Source: Myxococcota bacterium (lineage in GTDB: Bacteria; Myxococcota_A; UBA796; SXON01). Taken from it: a DNA stretch of 64,000 nt. A program made the position numbers and the translations under genes. The notes under the pieces were generated by a model, which worked only from the letters and a program-made list of their open reading frames with translations, ran no database searches and was not told where the DNA came from. The DNA is taken from positions 128,001 to 192,000 of the forward strand of contig JAZKFH010000003.1 in NCBI GenBank assembly GCA_040386535.1. The letters are read 5' to 3'. Position 1 is the stretch's first letter. The number at the start of each line of letters is the position of its first letter. This document shows, in pieces, positions 49,428-57,790 of the stretch.

Positions 49428-52400
49428 TGTCCCCCTCCGGTTGCGGTGGGATCGGCCTTGATGGACTCGGGCCCGGCGAACGGCACGGCGACGCTGCCCG
49501 CGGCGCCACGCGCTTCCTTGCGCTCCGACGGGTACTCGCTCGGGTATCGCTCATTGAGCGCGATGAGCGCCTTGGTGTTCCACTCGGACCACCGCTTCTC
49601 GCCCTTCGCCTTCTCGAGCGCGGCGACGAGGCGGGACTTGCCGCGGTCCTCCGCCGGGATGCGGAACTGCTCGTCGATCGTGCCGCGGAACAGATCGATC
49701 TCCTCTTCCGTGAGGCCCTTCGGCGGCGGGATGTCGTAGGCGATGTCCGCGAAGGCGAAGTAGGTCATGCCCTGGATGTAGAGCGCCGCCGCGGCGGTGT
49801 CGTAGTCCTGGTAGGTCTGGATGATCTGGACCGCGCCTTCCGTGATGATCTTGAGCTCTTCGGGCTTGGTCTTGAGCAGGATGTCGACGTTCTTGGCTTC
49901 GCTGGAGGTCCACTTGACCGCCTTGAAGCTCTCGTAGCGAGACACGAGCTGCCCGAGCGCACCTTCCGCGGCGAGGCTGCGGGTGCGCGCGGTGAGGCCC
50001 GCCCCCACGGTCGCGCCGTAGGCGCCCTGGACCTGGCTCCAGGACTGCGCGGCCTTGCGCGAGTCACCCCGCTTCTCGTAGATCTTCGCCGTGCGGTACC
50101 AGGCCTCGACGAGGTGGTTGCCGTCCGCGCGGGGGTAGGTCTTGACGTAGCGGGAGTAGAAGTCGAGCGCCTGGGTCTCGCCGACGAGCGCCCATTGGTC
50201 ACCCGCGCGCCAGAACGCGGCCTCGGCATCGGGCTGGCCGGCGTACTCCCGAGCGTACCGCTCGAACGCCCGCGCCGCGCCCGCGTGATCACCGGTGCCG
50301 ACACGGAGGAACGCCGCGTTGAACAGGGCCGCCGGGCTGTACTCGTACTGCGGGAACAGCTTGACGAGCTGCTCGTAGTAGAAGATCGCCTTGTCGAGCT
50401 GCAACGTGGCCGAGTAGCCGTCCGCGATGCGGAAGTAGAGGGCCTTGGCGCGCTCGTCGTCCGGGAACTCGTTGATGTACCGCTCGAACAGCTTGTTCGC
50501 TTCGGTCGCCTTCCCGATGAGCTCGTAGCTGTTGGCCGCGTTGAACAACGCGAGCCGGTAGTACTGCGACTTCGGGAACTCCTGGGTGAACTCGAGGAAG
50601 GCCTTGGCCGCGCTCGCGCGGTCCCCCTTCTCGATGAGCTGGGAGGCCAGGTTGAACTTGGCCTGCTCGTTGATGCCACCGAATTCCGGGTTCATGTCCG
50701 CGTACTCGTCGGTGAGGTCCGCGACCTGCTGGAAGTTCCCCTCGTTCGTGTAGCTGTCGATCATCATCGACGCGGAGTAGCTGGCCTCCTCGGAGGTGCG
50801 GGCCGCGGCGATTATCTTCTGGAGGCGCGGGCGCGCCTCGGCGTAGTGGCCGTGGTTGAACAGGATCTGCGCCGGCAGGTACGCGAACGCCTGGCGGTTC
50901 TTCTCCAACAGCGGCGCCCACTCGGGGTCCGTGAACTCGCGGACGGCGAGATCGTCGCAGCTCTGCATGAACACGCGGTGCTCATCGGAGATCATGTAGC
51001 GGGTGATCTCCTTGCCGAACGTGGTCGTGTCGACACGCTCCACGACGGCGCCGGCGGGCACCTCGACCAGCTTTCCGTACTTGGCCAGGACGATGTTCTC
51101 GCGGGCCTTCATCAGCTGGAAGCGCGCGCCCTCCCGGTAGGGAGAACGGTCGTTCTTCAGGATCTGGATGTACTGCTTCTCGGCCTCGACGAATTGGTTC
51201 GACCCGAAGAGGCCGAGGGCCCGGTACCACTCGTACTCGTTGAAGTCATCCGCGAACGGGAACTTCTCGAGGAAGTCCCCGTACTTCTCGGCAGCCGAGG
51301 CGTAGAGCTCCGGCGAGCCGGTCTTCTGCGCCTCGATGAGGATCCCCGTGGCGACCGTGGCCAGCGAGGTCTCGATGTAGCCGCGCGCCTTGGCGATGGC
51401 CTCGGGGTTCGACTTGTTGGCGTTGTACCAGGCGGTGTCCTCCGTGTAGAGGACGGAGAGAGTCTCCATCGCCTTGGCCGAGCTCTCGAGGTCGACGAGG
51501 CCCATCTTCTTGCCGTAGATCTGGGAGATCTCGTACTGGTAGACGGGGTTCTCGGGATCGAGCGGCCACTTCTGCTGGAGGTACTCGTACGTGGCGATCG
51601 ACGACTCGAACTTGGCCTGCAGCAGCAGGATCTCCGCGAGCCGCTCGATGACGTCGTGTTGCCACTTCTTCTCGCCGAGGCGGTTGAGGTGCGCCGTGGC
51701 GACCTCGACCGCGCCCTTGCCCTGGCGATCGGCGATGTCGGCGTACGAGATGGCGAGGTACTCGACCGCCTCGGGCCGCATCGTCGAGACCTTTCCGGTC
51801 TCGATGAACTGGGCGTCGCTGTAGTCGAGCAGCTTTACGAGGTACCCGAGGGCCTCGTCGTACTCGTTGACCTTGTAGTGCGACCAGCCGAGCTTGTAGA
51901 TGGACTCGTCGTAGTTGCGACCGTCGGGACCGTCGGCGAGCACGGCCTTGTAGTAGCCGATGGCCGTGGCGACGTAGGCGGTCGGGTTCTCGCGAGGGCC
52001 GGTCAGGTCGAAGTAGTACTCGCCGAGCCGCATGTTGGCGTCGTTCGAGAAGGGCGACCCGGGAAACCGGCTGACGATGGTGAGGTAGACGTCACGCGCC
52101 GCGTCGGGATCGTACTGCTCGCCGTTCTGGGCGGAGTAGCACCAGGCCAACATGTAGTAGGTGTCGGCGAGGTTCTCGTAGGTCGGGTACTGGGCGATGA
52201 GCCTCTTGTACAGGTCCATCGAGCGCGTGTAGTTCTTGAGCGGCGGCGGCGGCAGGGCCAGTGTCGGGTTCTGCTCGAGCTGGGCCTCGAGGCGGCCGTA
52301 GTCCTCCATCTGGGCGGCGAACGAGACCTCGGTTTCCTCGAAGTACAGGTCCGCGAGGCGGAACAGCATGTCCGCCGTGTGGGGGGACGTCGGGTACTTC

Positions 52401-52792
52401 TGGAGGAAGGCCTCGATCCGCGCGATCGCCACGCGCCGGAGCGCCGCCTCGGAGTCCTCCGCGCGCTGGATGGCGTTGCCGTAACCGGACGAGATCTTGG
52501 CGCGCTCTTCGGCCTCGTACGTGTCGAGGATGCTCCGCGTGTCGGCCTGGAGCTCCTTCATGCGCGAGGTGTAGCGCTCCAGCGTGTCCTGGAACGTGGC
52601 CCACTCTTGCGGATCGGACGGGCCGGTGACCGCGTCGGCTGTGACCGGATCCGCGGTGATCGGATCGACGGCGACCGGATTCACGGTGACCGGCGCGGCG
52701 GGCACCGGGTCCGTGGTGGCCGGGTCCGCGGCGAAGGCGGCCGACGAGACCAGGGCCAGCGCGAGCGGAAGGGGAAGCATCGGCTTTCTCAT
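49424..52792 (-). CDS. Large secreted TPR protein, GltD/AgmU-like
   Basis: Signal peptide; FLQKYP...ADMLFRLADLY, YKLGWSHY, ALFNAA and many other TPR helices. Confidence 0.78.
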   Translation of the reverse strand: MRKPMLPLPLALALVSSAAFAADPATTDPVPAAPVTVNPVAVDPITADPVTADAVTGPSDPQEWATFQDTLERYTSRMKELQADTRSILDTYEAEERAKISSGYGNAIQRAEDSEAALRRVAIARIEAFLQKYPTSPHTADMLFRLADLYFEETEVSFAAQMEDYGRLEAQLEQNPTLALPPPPLKNYTRSMDLYKRLIAQYPTYENLADTYYMLAWCYSAQNGEQYDPDAARDVYLTIVSRFPGSPFSNDANMRLGEYYFDLTGPRENPTAYVATAIGYYKAVLADGPDGRNYDESIYKLGWSHYKVNEYDEALGYLVKLLDYSDAQFIETGKVSTMRPEAVEYLAISYADIADRQGKGAVEVATAHLNRLGEKKWQHDVIERLAEILLLQAKFESSIATYEYLQQKWPLDPENPVYQYEISQIYGKKMGLVDLESSAKAMETLSVLYTEDTAWYNANKSNPEAIAKARGYIETSLATVATGILIEAQKTGSPELYASAAEKYGDFLEKFPFADDFNEYEWYRALGLFGSNQFVEAEKQYIQILKNDRSPYREGARFQLMKARENIVLAKYGKLVEVPAGAVVERVDTTTFGKEITRYMISDEHRVFMQSCDDLAVREFTDPEWAPLLEKNRQAFAYLPAQILFNHGHYAEARPRLQKIIAAARTSEEASYSASMMIDSYTNEGNFQQVADLTDEYADMNPEFGGINEQAKFNLASQLIEKGDRASAAKAFLEFTQEFPKSQYYRLALFNAANSYELIGKATEANKLFERYINEFPDDERAKALYFRIADGYSATLQLDKAIFYYEQLVKLFPQYEYSPAALFNAAFLRVGTGDHAGAARAFERYAREYAGQPDAEAAFWRAGDQWALVGETQALDFYSRYVKTYPRADGNHLVEAWYRTAKIYEKRGDSRKAAQSWSQVQGAYGATVGAGLTARTRSLAAEGALGQLVSRYESFKAVKWTSSEAKNVDILLKTKPEELKIITEGAVQIIQTYQDYDTAAAALYIQGMTYFAFADIAYDIPPPKGLTEEEIDLFRGTIDEQFRIPAEDRGKSRLVAALEKAKGEKRWSEWNTKALIALNERYPSEYPSERKEARGAAGSVAVPFAGPESIKADPTATGGGQ

Positions 52793-55212
52793 CGGTCGAG
52801 ATTCTCCCGGACGATCCGGAATTGATCGTCCAGCTCACGTAGCAGCAGGGCCTGCTCCTTCCCGAGGGCGGTCATCTCGTCTGACACAGCCGTCTTGCGA
52901 AGCCAGTACACGTCCACGATCCCCTTGTCGGCCTCGAGGACATCGGCGCGGAACTCGGTCTCCAGGTCGCGAATGCCGGAGCGCACGGCCTTGAGGGCCA
53001 CCGCCTCCGCCTCGGCCGACTCCCGGATGATGTCGCGCCGCAGCTCGATCACGCGTTGTGCCTCGCGGGCCAGACGGGTGCGCACCGCGCTGACCTCCTT
53101 GGCCTCCGCGGAGGCCAGGACACGCGACGTTTCTTCGGTGTTCCGCTCGAGCATGTCCACCGCGGCCCACACCTGGTCGATCTGTGCGTAGACCGACGAG
53201 GCATCCGGATCGGTCACGTTCGCCCGCGTCTCCCGAAGGCGACGGTGCAGATCGGTGTACCGCGCCACGATGGCGGTGCGCCGGGTGTCGTCCACGCTCT
53301 GCGTGGGCGCGACGACCGTGCGCATCACGCGCTTGCGGACGACCTCGCCCTGGAGGGCCTCCAGCTCGCCGAGCGCGGCGTCCAGCTCACGCTGCTGGGT
53401 CACGATGGAGGCGCGGACCTTGTCCGCCTCGGTGACGGACAGCTTGCTCTGCCCGACCTGATCGGCGGTCGAGGACGCGAGCGCCTTGGCCTCGAGGGCC
53501 ACCTGGGAGAGGCGGAAGGCGCGCTGCTGCACCTCGCGCACCTGGTCCTCGAAGGTCTCGGTGCGGTCCGAGGAGAGGTTCGTCGAGGCGTCGATCTCCG
53601 TGACGGAGGCCAGCACCGACGTGCGCTCCTTCTGGATCTGCTGCAGATCGGCGCGGTACTGGGAGGGCACGCGCGTGCGCATCCAGGTGGCCTCGGCGTC
53701 GAGCAGGCGGTCCCGCATGGAGAGGGCTGCGCCACGAATGCCGTCGACCTCCTGACGCGCGACCACGAACCCCCCGAGGAGCTCGCCGCCGCCCGAGAGG
53801 GCCAGCTCGAGATCCTTGACGATGCGCTCGCTCAATTCGAGCTCGGCCTTCTGCGACTCGACGGTGCGCCAGGCGGTTGCCGCGCGCGCCACGTCCTCGT
53901 CGCCGAGGAGCATGCCCATCGCGAACGGAGGGAGCCGCTCGGAGAGCCCGGACTCGCCCCCGGTCGCGCCTTCGAGGAGGCGGCGGAGCTGGTCCGCCCC
54001 GGTCACCGCGTCGAGGCGCGCCACCAAGGGCGTGTACTCGTCGATTACGCGCTCGTAGGCGACCCGGGCGTCCTCGTAGGACTCCAGCTTCATCTGGAGA
54101 TGGCCCTGGAGGAGCTTCAGATCGGCGGCGTACCGGTGCTCTGGGTACTTGTCGAGGAAGATCGCGACCTGGCTGAGCGCCGCGGTCCACCACTCACGGG
54201 CCTCGGCCTCGGCCTTGTCCGACAGGTCCTTGGCCGCGACCATCTCGGCAGGCGACTGGCGCGGCCGGAGCGTCGTGATCTTCTCGCTGTCCGGGAGCAC
54301 GTTGTTGGCCTGCTTCACGAACGTCCACACCGACTCGAAGAGCTGGTCGGCGTAGTAGGGCGACGTTCCCGGGATCTTTCCGTACCAGACGCTGGCCTGG
54401 GCGAAGTCGCCGGTCTCGTAGTGGAGGCGCGCCAACGCGAGCTGCGAAAGCTCCAGGATCTGCTGCTGGTCGGGATCCGAGGGGACCACCGCCTGCACCT
54501 TCTGGAACTCGTCGATGGCCTGCTTGTAGTTCTTCTCGCGGATCATCAAGACCCCGAGGAAGTAGCGGGCGCGGCCGTAGTAGGGGCTGGTCGCCGCGAG
54601 CGACTCGAACATGCCCTTCGCGCGGTTGAACTCGCTACGGCGATAGAACGACTTCGCCAGGGTGTAGCTGATGAGCTCGGTCGTCGGCACCTTTCCGGTG
54701 ACGATGAAGTCGTTGTAGTAGCGGTCGAAGCGCTCGGTGTCGCCGACGATTCCGTACACCTCGAGGAGGCGACGAATCGCGTCCGGGAAGTACGGGTGGG
54801 GCGCACCCTTCTCGGCGATCGAGCGGTAGGCTTCTTCCGCGGTGCGGTAGTTGCCGAGCTCGAAGAGACACTCGGCGAGGTACCACTCCGAGTCCCGCGC
54901 GAGGTCCATGTTCCCGAGCGAGCGGGACTGGACCAGGATGTAGAAGGACGTGGCCGCGGCCTCGTAGTCCTTCACCAGGAACAGGTAGACCGCGTCCTCG
55001 TAGCGCTCCCGCGCCTCGCCGACGCCAATGAGGCCGGAGCGCTCGGTGAAGTTGCGACGGATCTCCTCCGACTGCTTCTGCAGCGAGGACGCCTCCGACT
55101 CGAGGTCGCGCAGGCGATCGGGCGGGGCTTTCTCGGCGGCGACGCTGGTGAGCGGCGCGACGAGCAGAGCCAGGACCAGACCGATGCGCGCGGCGCTACC
55201 GCTGCTCGGCAT
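52789..55212 (-). CDS. Large secreted TPR plus coiled-coil protein of the Glt-like cluster
   Basis: Signal peptide; WYLAECLF, ARYFLGV, LALARLHYE; long C-terminal coiled coil ending ADKGIVDVYW; ATGA overlap with the downstream gene. Confidence 0.75.
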   Translation of the reverse strand: MPSSGSAARIGLVLALLVAPLTSVAAEKAPPDRLRDLESEASSLQKQSEEIRRNFTERSGLIGVGEARERYEDAVYLFLVKDYEAAATSFYILVQSRSLGNMDLARDSEWYLAECLFELGNYRTAEEAYRSIAEKGAPHPYFPDAIRRLLEVYGIVGDTERFDRYYNDFIVTGKVPTTELISYTLAKSFYRRSEFNRAKGMFESLAATSPYYGRARYFLGVLMIREKNYKQAIDEFQKVQAVVPSDPDQQQILELSQLALARLHYETGDFAQASVWYGKIPGTSPYYADQLFESVWTFVKQANNVLPDSEKITTLRPRQSPAEMVAAKDLSDKAEAEAREWWTAALSQVAIFLDKYPEHRYAADLKLLQGHLQMKLESYEDARVAYERVIDEYTPLVARLDAVTGADQLRRLLEGATGGESGLSERLPPFAMGMLLGDEDVARAATAWRTVESQKAELELSERIVKDLELALSGGGELLGGFVVARQEVDGIRGAALSMRDRLLDAEATWMRTRVPSQYRADLQQIQKERTSVLASVTEIDASTNLSSDRTETFEDQVREVQQRAFRLSQVALEAKALASSTADQVGQSKLSVTEADKVRASIVTQQRELDAALGELEALQGEVVRKRVMRTVVAPTQSVDDTRRTAIVARYTDLHRRLRETRANVTDPDASSVYAQIDQVWAAVDMLERNTEETSRVLASAEAKEVSAVRTRLAREAQRVIELRRDIIRESAEAEAVALKAVRSGIRDLETEFRADVLEADKGIVDVYWLRKTAVSDEMTALGKEQALLLRELDDQFRIVRENLDR

Positions 55213-55849
55213 CGGAGATCCGCTCGCACTTCAGCTCGAAGTCCACCCGGGCGCGCTCGTCGAAGCTGCTGGCGGCGCCGCCCTTGTCGGTGAGGACGCT
55301 GCGCACGGTGCAGGCCTTCCCCAGCTCCGCCTCGAAGGCGTAGTTGCTCCGAACGTCGATCTCGTAGTTCTTGGCGTAGCTGAAGACGCCGAAGCCCGTG
55401 GGCCGGATCTTGAAGTCGACCGAGAGGTTGTGGCTCCCGGGCGGGATCGCGCCCTCGCTGATCTTGAACTCGCGGGTCTCGTTCAGGCTGCCGTTCGGAT
55501 CGGTCTTGCTGAACTTGCTCTGCCCGTCGAGCAGGTAGGTGACGCTCTCCAGCTTGAAGCCACCACCCAGGCGGTTCACGTGCCACACCGTGGCACGGGC
55601 GCCCGTGGAGGCCCCCTGGATGACGATCTCCTTGAGCAATTGGAGCGTGGCCTTGGAGCGGAAGACCCGCTCCTTCAGACCGTCGACCTGCTCCTCGACG
55701 TTGAGGAGCTCGCGGTTGAAGTCACCCACGTCCTCCGTCGCAGCCATCTCGAGCGGCACTTCGGTCACTGCCGCACCGTCCTCGGCGAGCGCGGTGGCGC
55801 TCCCGATTCCGAGCCCAATCACGACGGCCCACCAGCGATTACGAAGCAT
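55196..55849 (-). CDS. Secreted hypothetical protein (coiled coil plus beta-sandwich), first gene of the Glt-like cluster
   Basis: Signal peptide; LNVEEQVDGLKERVFRSKATLQLLKE; YLLDG, PGSHNLSV, GFGVFSY. Confidence 0.7.
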   Translation of the reverse strand: MLRNRWWAVVIGLGIGSATALAEDGAAVTEVPLEMAATEDVGDFNRELLNVEEQVDGLKERVFRSKATLQLLKEIVIQGASTGARATVWHVNRLGGGFKLESVTYLLDGQSKFSKTDPNGSLNETREFKISEGAIPPGSHNLSVDFKIRPTGFGVFSYAKNYEIDVRSNYAFEAELGKACTVRSVLTDKGGAASSFDERARVDFELKCERISDAEQR

Positions 55850-55878
55850 TCGATGTTCTCCCGCGATCGGTGGCGCCG

Positions 55879-55909
55879 ACCATACACGACCGCCCACCTA
55901 CCGTGTCAA
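55879..55909 (-). promoter_or_regulatory. Possible promoter of the Glt-like operon
   Basis: TTGACA-N19-TATGGT (spacer longer than optimal). Confidence 0.3.
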
Positions 55910-55942
55910 TGATGAGCCCGCCAACGAGACTGCCGGCCGCCC

Positions 55943-57520
55943 TCACGGGACGGAAAGCTCTGCCTCCGCGCCGTCGGCCACGTTCCCCGTCGTACCCGCC
56001 ACGGTGAGGACGAGACGATCGTGGGCCTTCCGCGCCCGGGACAACGCGCCGTCAATCTCGTTGACCAGGAAGGTGAAGGCATACACTTCGTCGTCCGCCG
56101 CGTGTACATAGCCAGCGAGGCAATGAACACCAGAAAGCGTGCCTGTCTTGCCCCTTACACGCCCGGCCATCCCCTCTTCGCGGTACCGCGACCAAAGAGT
56201 TCCATCGCGCCCGCCCACCGAGAGGCTGGTCACGTACTCGGGGCCCACGTCGGGGCTGCGGTACATGTCGAGCAGCACGGCGTTGACGGCGCTCGGGCGG
56301 AGCATCACGTCGCGGGAAAGCCCCGAACCGTTCACCAGGCGGTACTGATCGGCGGGTACGCCGAGGCTGCCCAGGTAGTCCGCGACGACGCGCAGACCGT
56401 TCTCCGTCGTACCGGGAAGGCCGTACCGCTCCGCGCCCATCGAGCGGAGCATTTGTTCGGCCATGAAGTTGTTCGAGTGCTTGCTCGTCGTCGCGACGAT
56501 CTCGGCGAGCGACACGGAATCCACCCGGTGGAGGAGCGTTGCGTCCTTCGCGGCGACGCCCGCGCGGAACCGACCCTTCACCTTGATCCCCTGCTGCTTG
56601 AACACCGCCTGCATCGCGCCCATGTAGTTGCCGAGCGGATCGGCGAGCGTACGATAGTAGAGGTCGGGCTCGCTCCCGGCGGGGACGCTCCCCGTCAGGG
56701 TGAATGTGGTGATCTTTTGTGTCTCCTCATCCAGGGCGCGCTCGATCTTGACCCACTTGCGGCTGTTCTTCGACCCGGTGACGATCTTGTTCTCCAGGAC
56801 GATGGCGGGGGTCGGGAAGTCGAACTCGGCGACGGCGGCCTGCCCCGATCCCGCACCGGGGCGGACGAGGATGGTGGCGACGTTGAAGTTGACGGAGAGC
56901 GCGCCGAGGGTCGCGAAGTAGGTCGGGCCGCTCTCGACGTCCTCCTCCTTGTCCCAGCCGGGGATGAGGGTGGTGCCGACGAAGTACCCATCGTCGAACA
57001 CGATGTCGCCCTTCACTTCCTTGAGGCCGCGCACCTTCAGGTCCTGCGCGAGGCGCCACATGCGCTCGACGACCATCGTTGGATCGCCCTGCCCCTTCAC
57101 GAACAGGTCCCCTGCCAGGACTCCGTCCGCGCCGAGCTCGCCACCCTTCATGATCCAGGTGGGGAAATGATAGTTGGGCCCAAGCGTCCGCAGCGCCGCC
57201 GCCGTCGTGAGCAACTTCATCGTGCTCGCCGGCACGAGCGGCTTGTCGTCGCCCCAGGCGAAGACCTCCTCCCCGGTCCGCACGTTCACCACCTGCACAC
57301 TCACGGCCGCGTCGGTGAAGATCGGGTCCTGGGAGAGCGGCTCCAACGCGGACTCGAGCGGAGAGCCCCGCAACGCGCCCGAGAGCGTGGCCGGGAGCGA
57401 CGCGGCGGCGCCCACCGTCTCGGGTGATCCGGGCGCCGCCGACGGCGCGCTGCCGCCGTCTTGCGCGAACGCGGGCAGGGCGAGGGCGATGAGCAGGGCG
57501 AGGCTCTGCGGAAGGCGCAT
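55943..57520 (-). CDS. dacB: D-Ala-D-Ala carboxypeptidase/endopeptidase (PBP4, peptidase S13)
   Basis: PASTMK (SxxK), GQGDP, SNN, NGSGLSR, GKTGTL. Confidence 0.92.
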   Translation of the reverse strand: MRLPQSLALLIALALPAFAQDGGSAPSAAPGSPETVGAAASLPATLSGALRGSPLESALEPLSQDPIFTDAAVSVQVVNVRTGEEVFAWGDDKPLVPASTMKLLTTAAALRTLGPNYHFPTWIMKGGELGADGVLAGDLFVKGQGDPTMVVERMWRLAQDLKVRGLKEVKGDIVFDDGYFVGTTLIPGWDKEEDVESGPTYFATLGALSVNFNVATILVRPGAGSGQAAVAEFDFPTPAIVLENKIVTGSKNSRKWVKIERALDEETQKITTFTLTGSVPAGSEPDLYYRTLADPLGNYMGAMQAVFKQQGIKVKGRFRAGVAAKDATLLHRVDSVSLAEIVATTSKHSNNFMAEQMLRSMGAERYGLPGTTENGLRVVADYLGSLGVPADQYRLVNGSGLSRDVMLRPSAVNAVLLDMYRSPDVGPEYVTSLSVGGRDGTLWSRYREEGMAGRVRGKTGTLSGVHCLAGYVHAADDEVYAFTFLVNEIDGALSRARKAHDRLVLTVAGTTGNVADGAEAELSVP

Positions 57521-57790
57521 GGGGTACCCAGGGGGAGTCGCTCCGATGAGTCTGACACCGGGGCGTGAGGAGATCGGGAGGGAAATGTGGCGGGAGGCCC
57601 ACAATCTTCCCGTGACTTTGGCGGCTGCGCAAGAAGTTGAAGTAAAAAAGAAGACATGCGGGCGATTTGCTCAAGACGCGTCGAGAGACACTCTTGCGCG
57701 CCAGGCGGGCACGGCCACGGAGACGACCGGCGCGGTCACGCCTCCGTCCCCCGACCGGGCAGTTATTATCGCGCTCGCTTCGGAGCCTCG

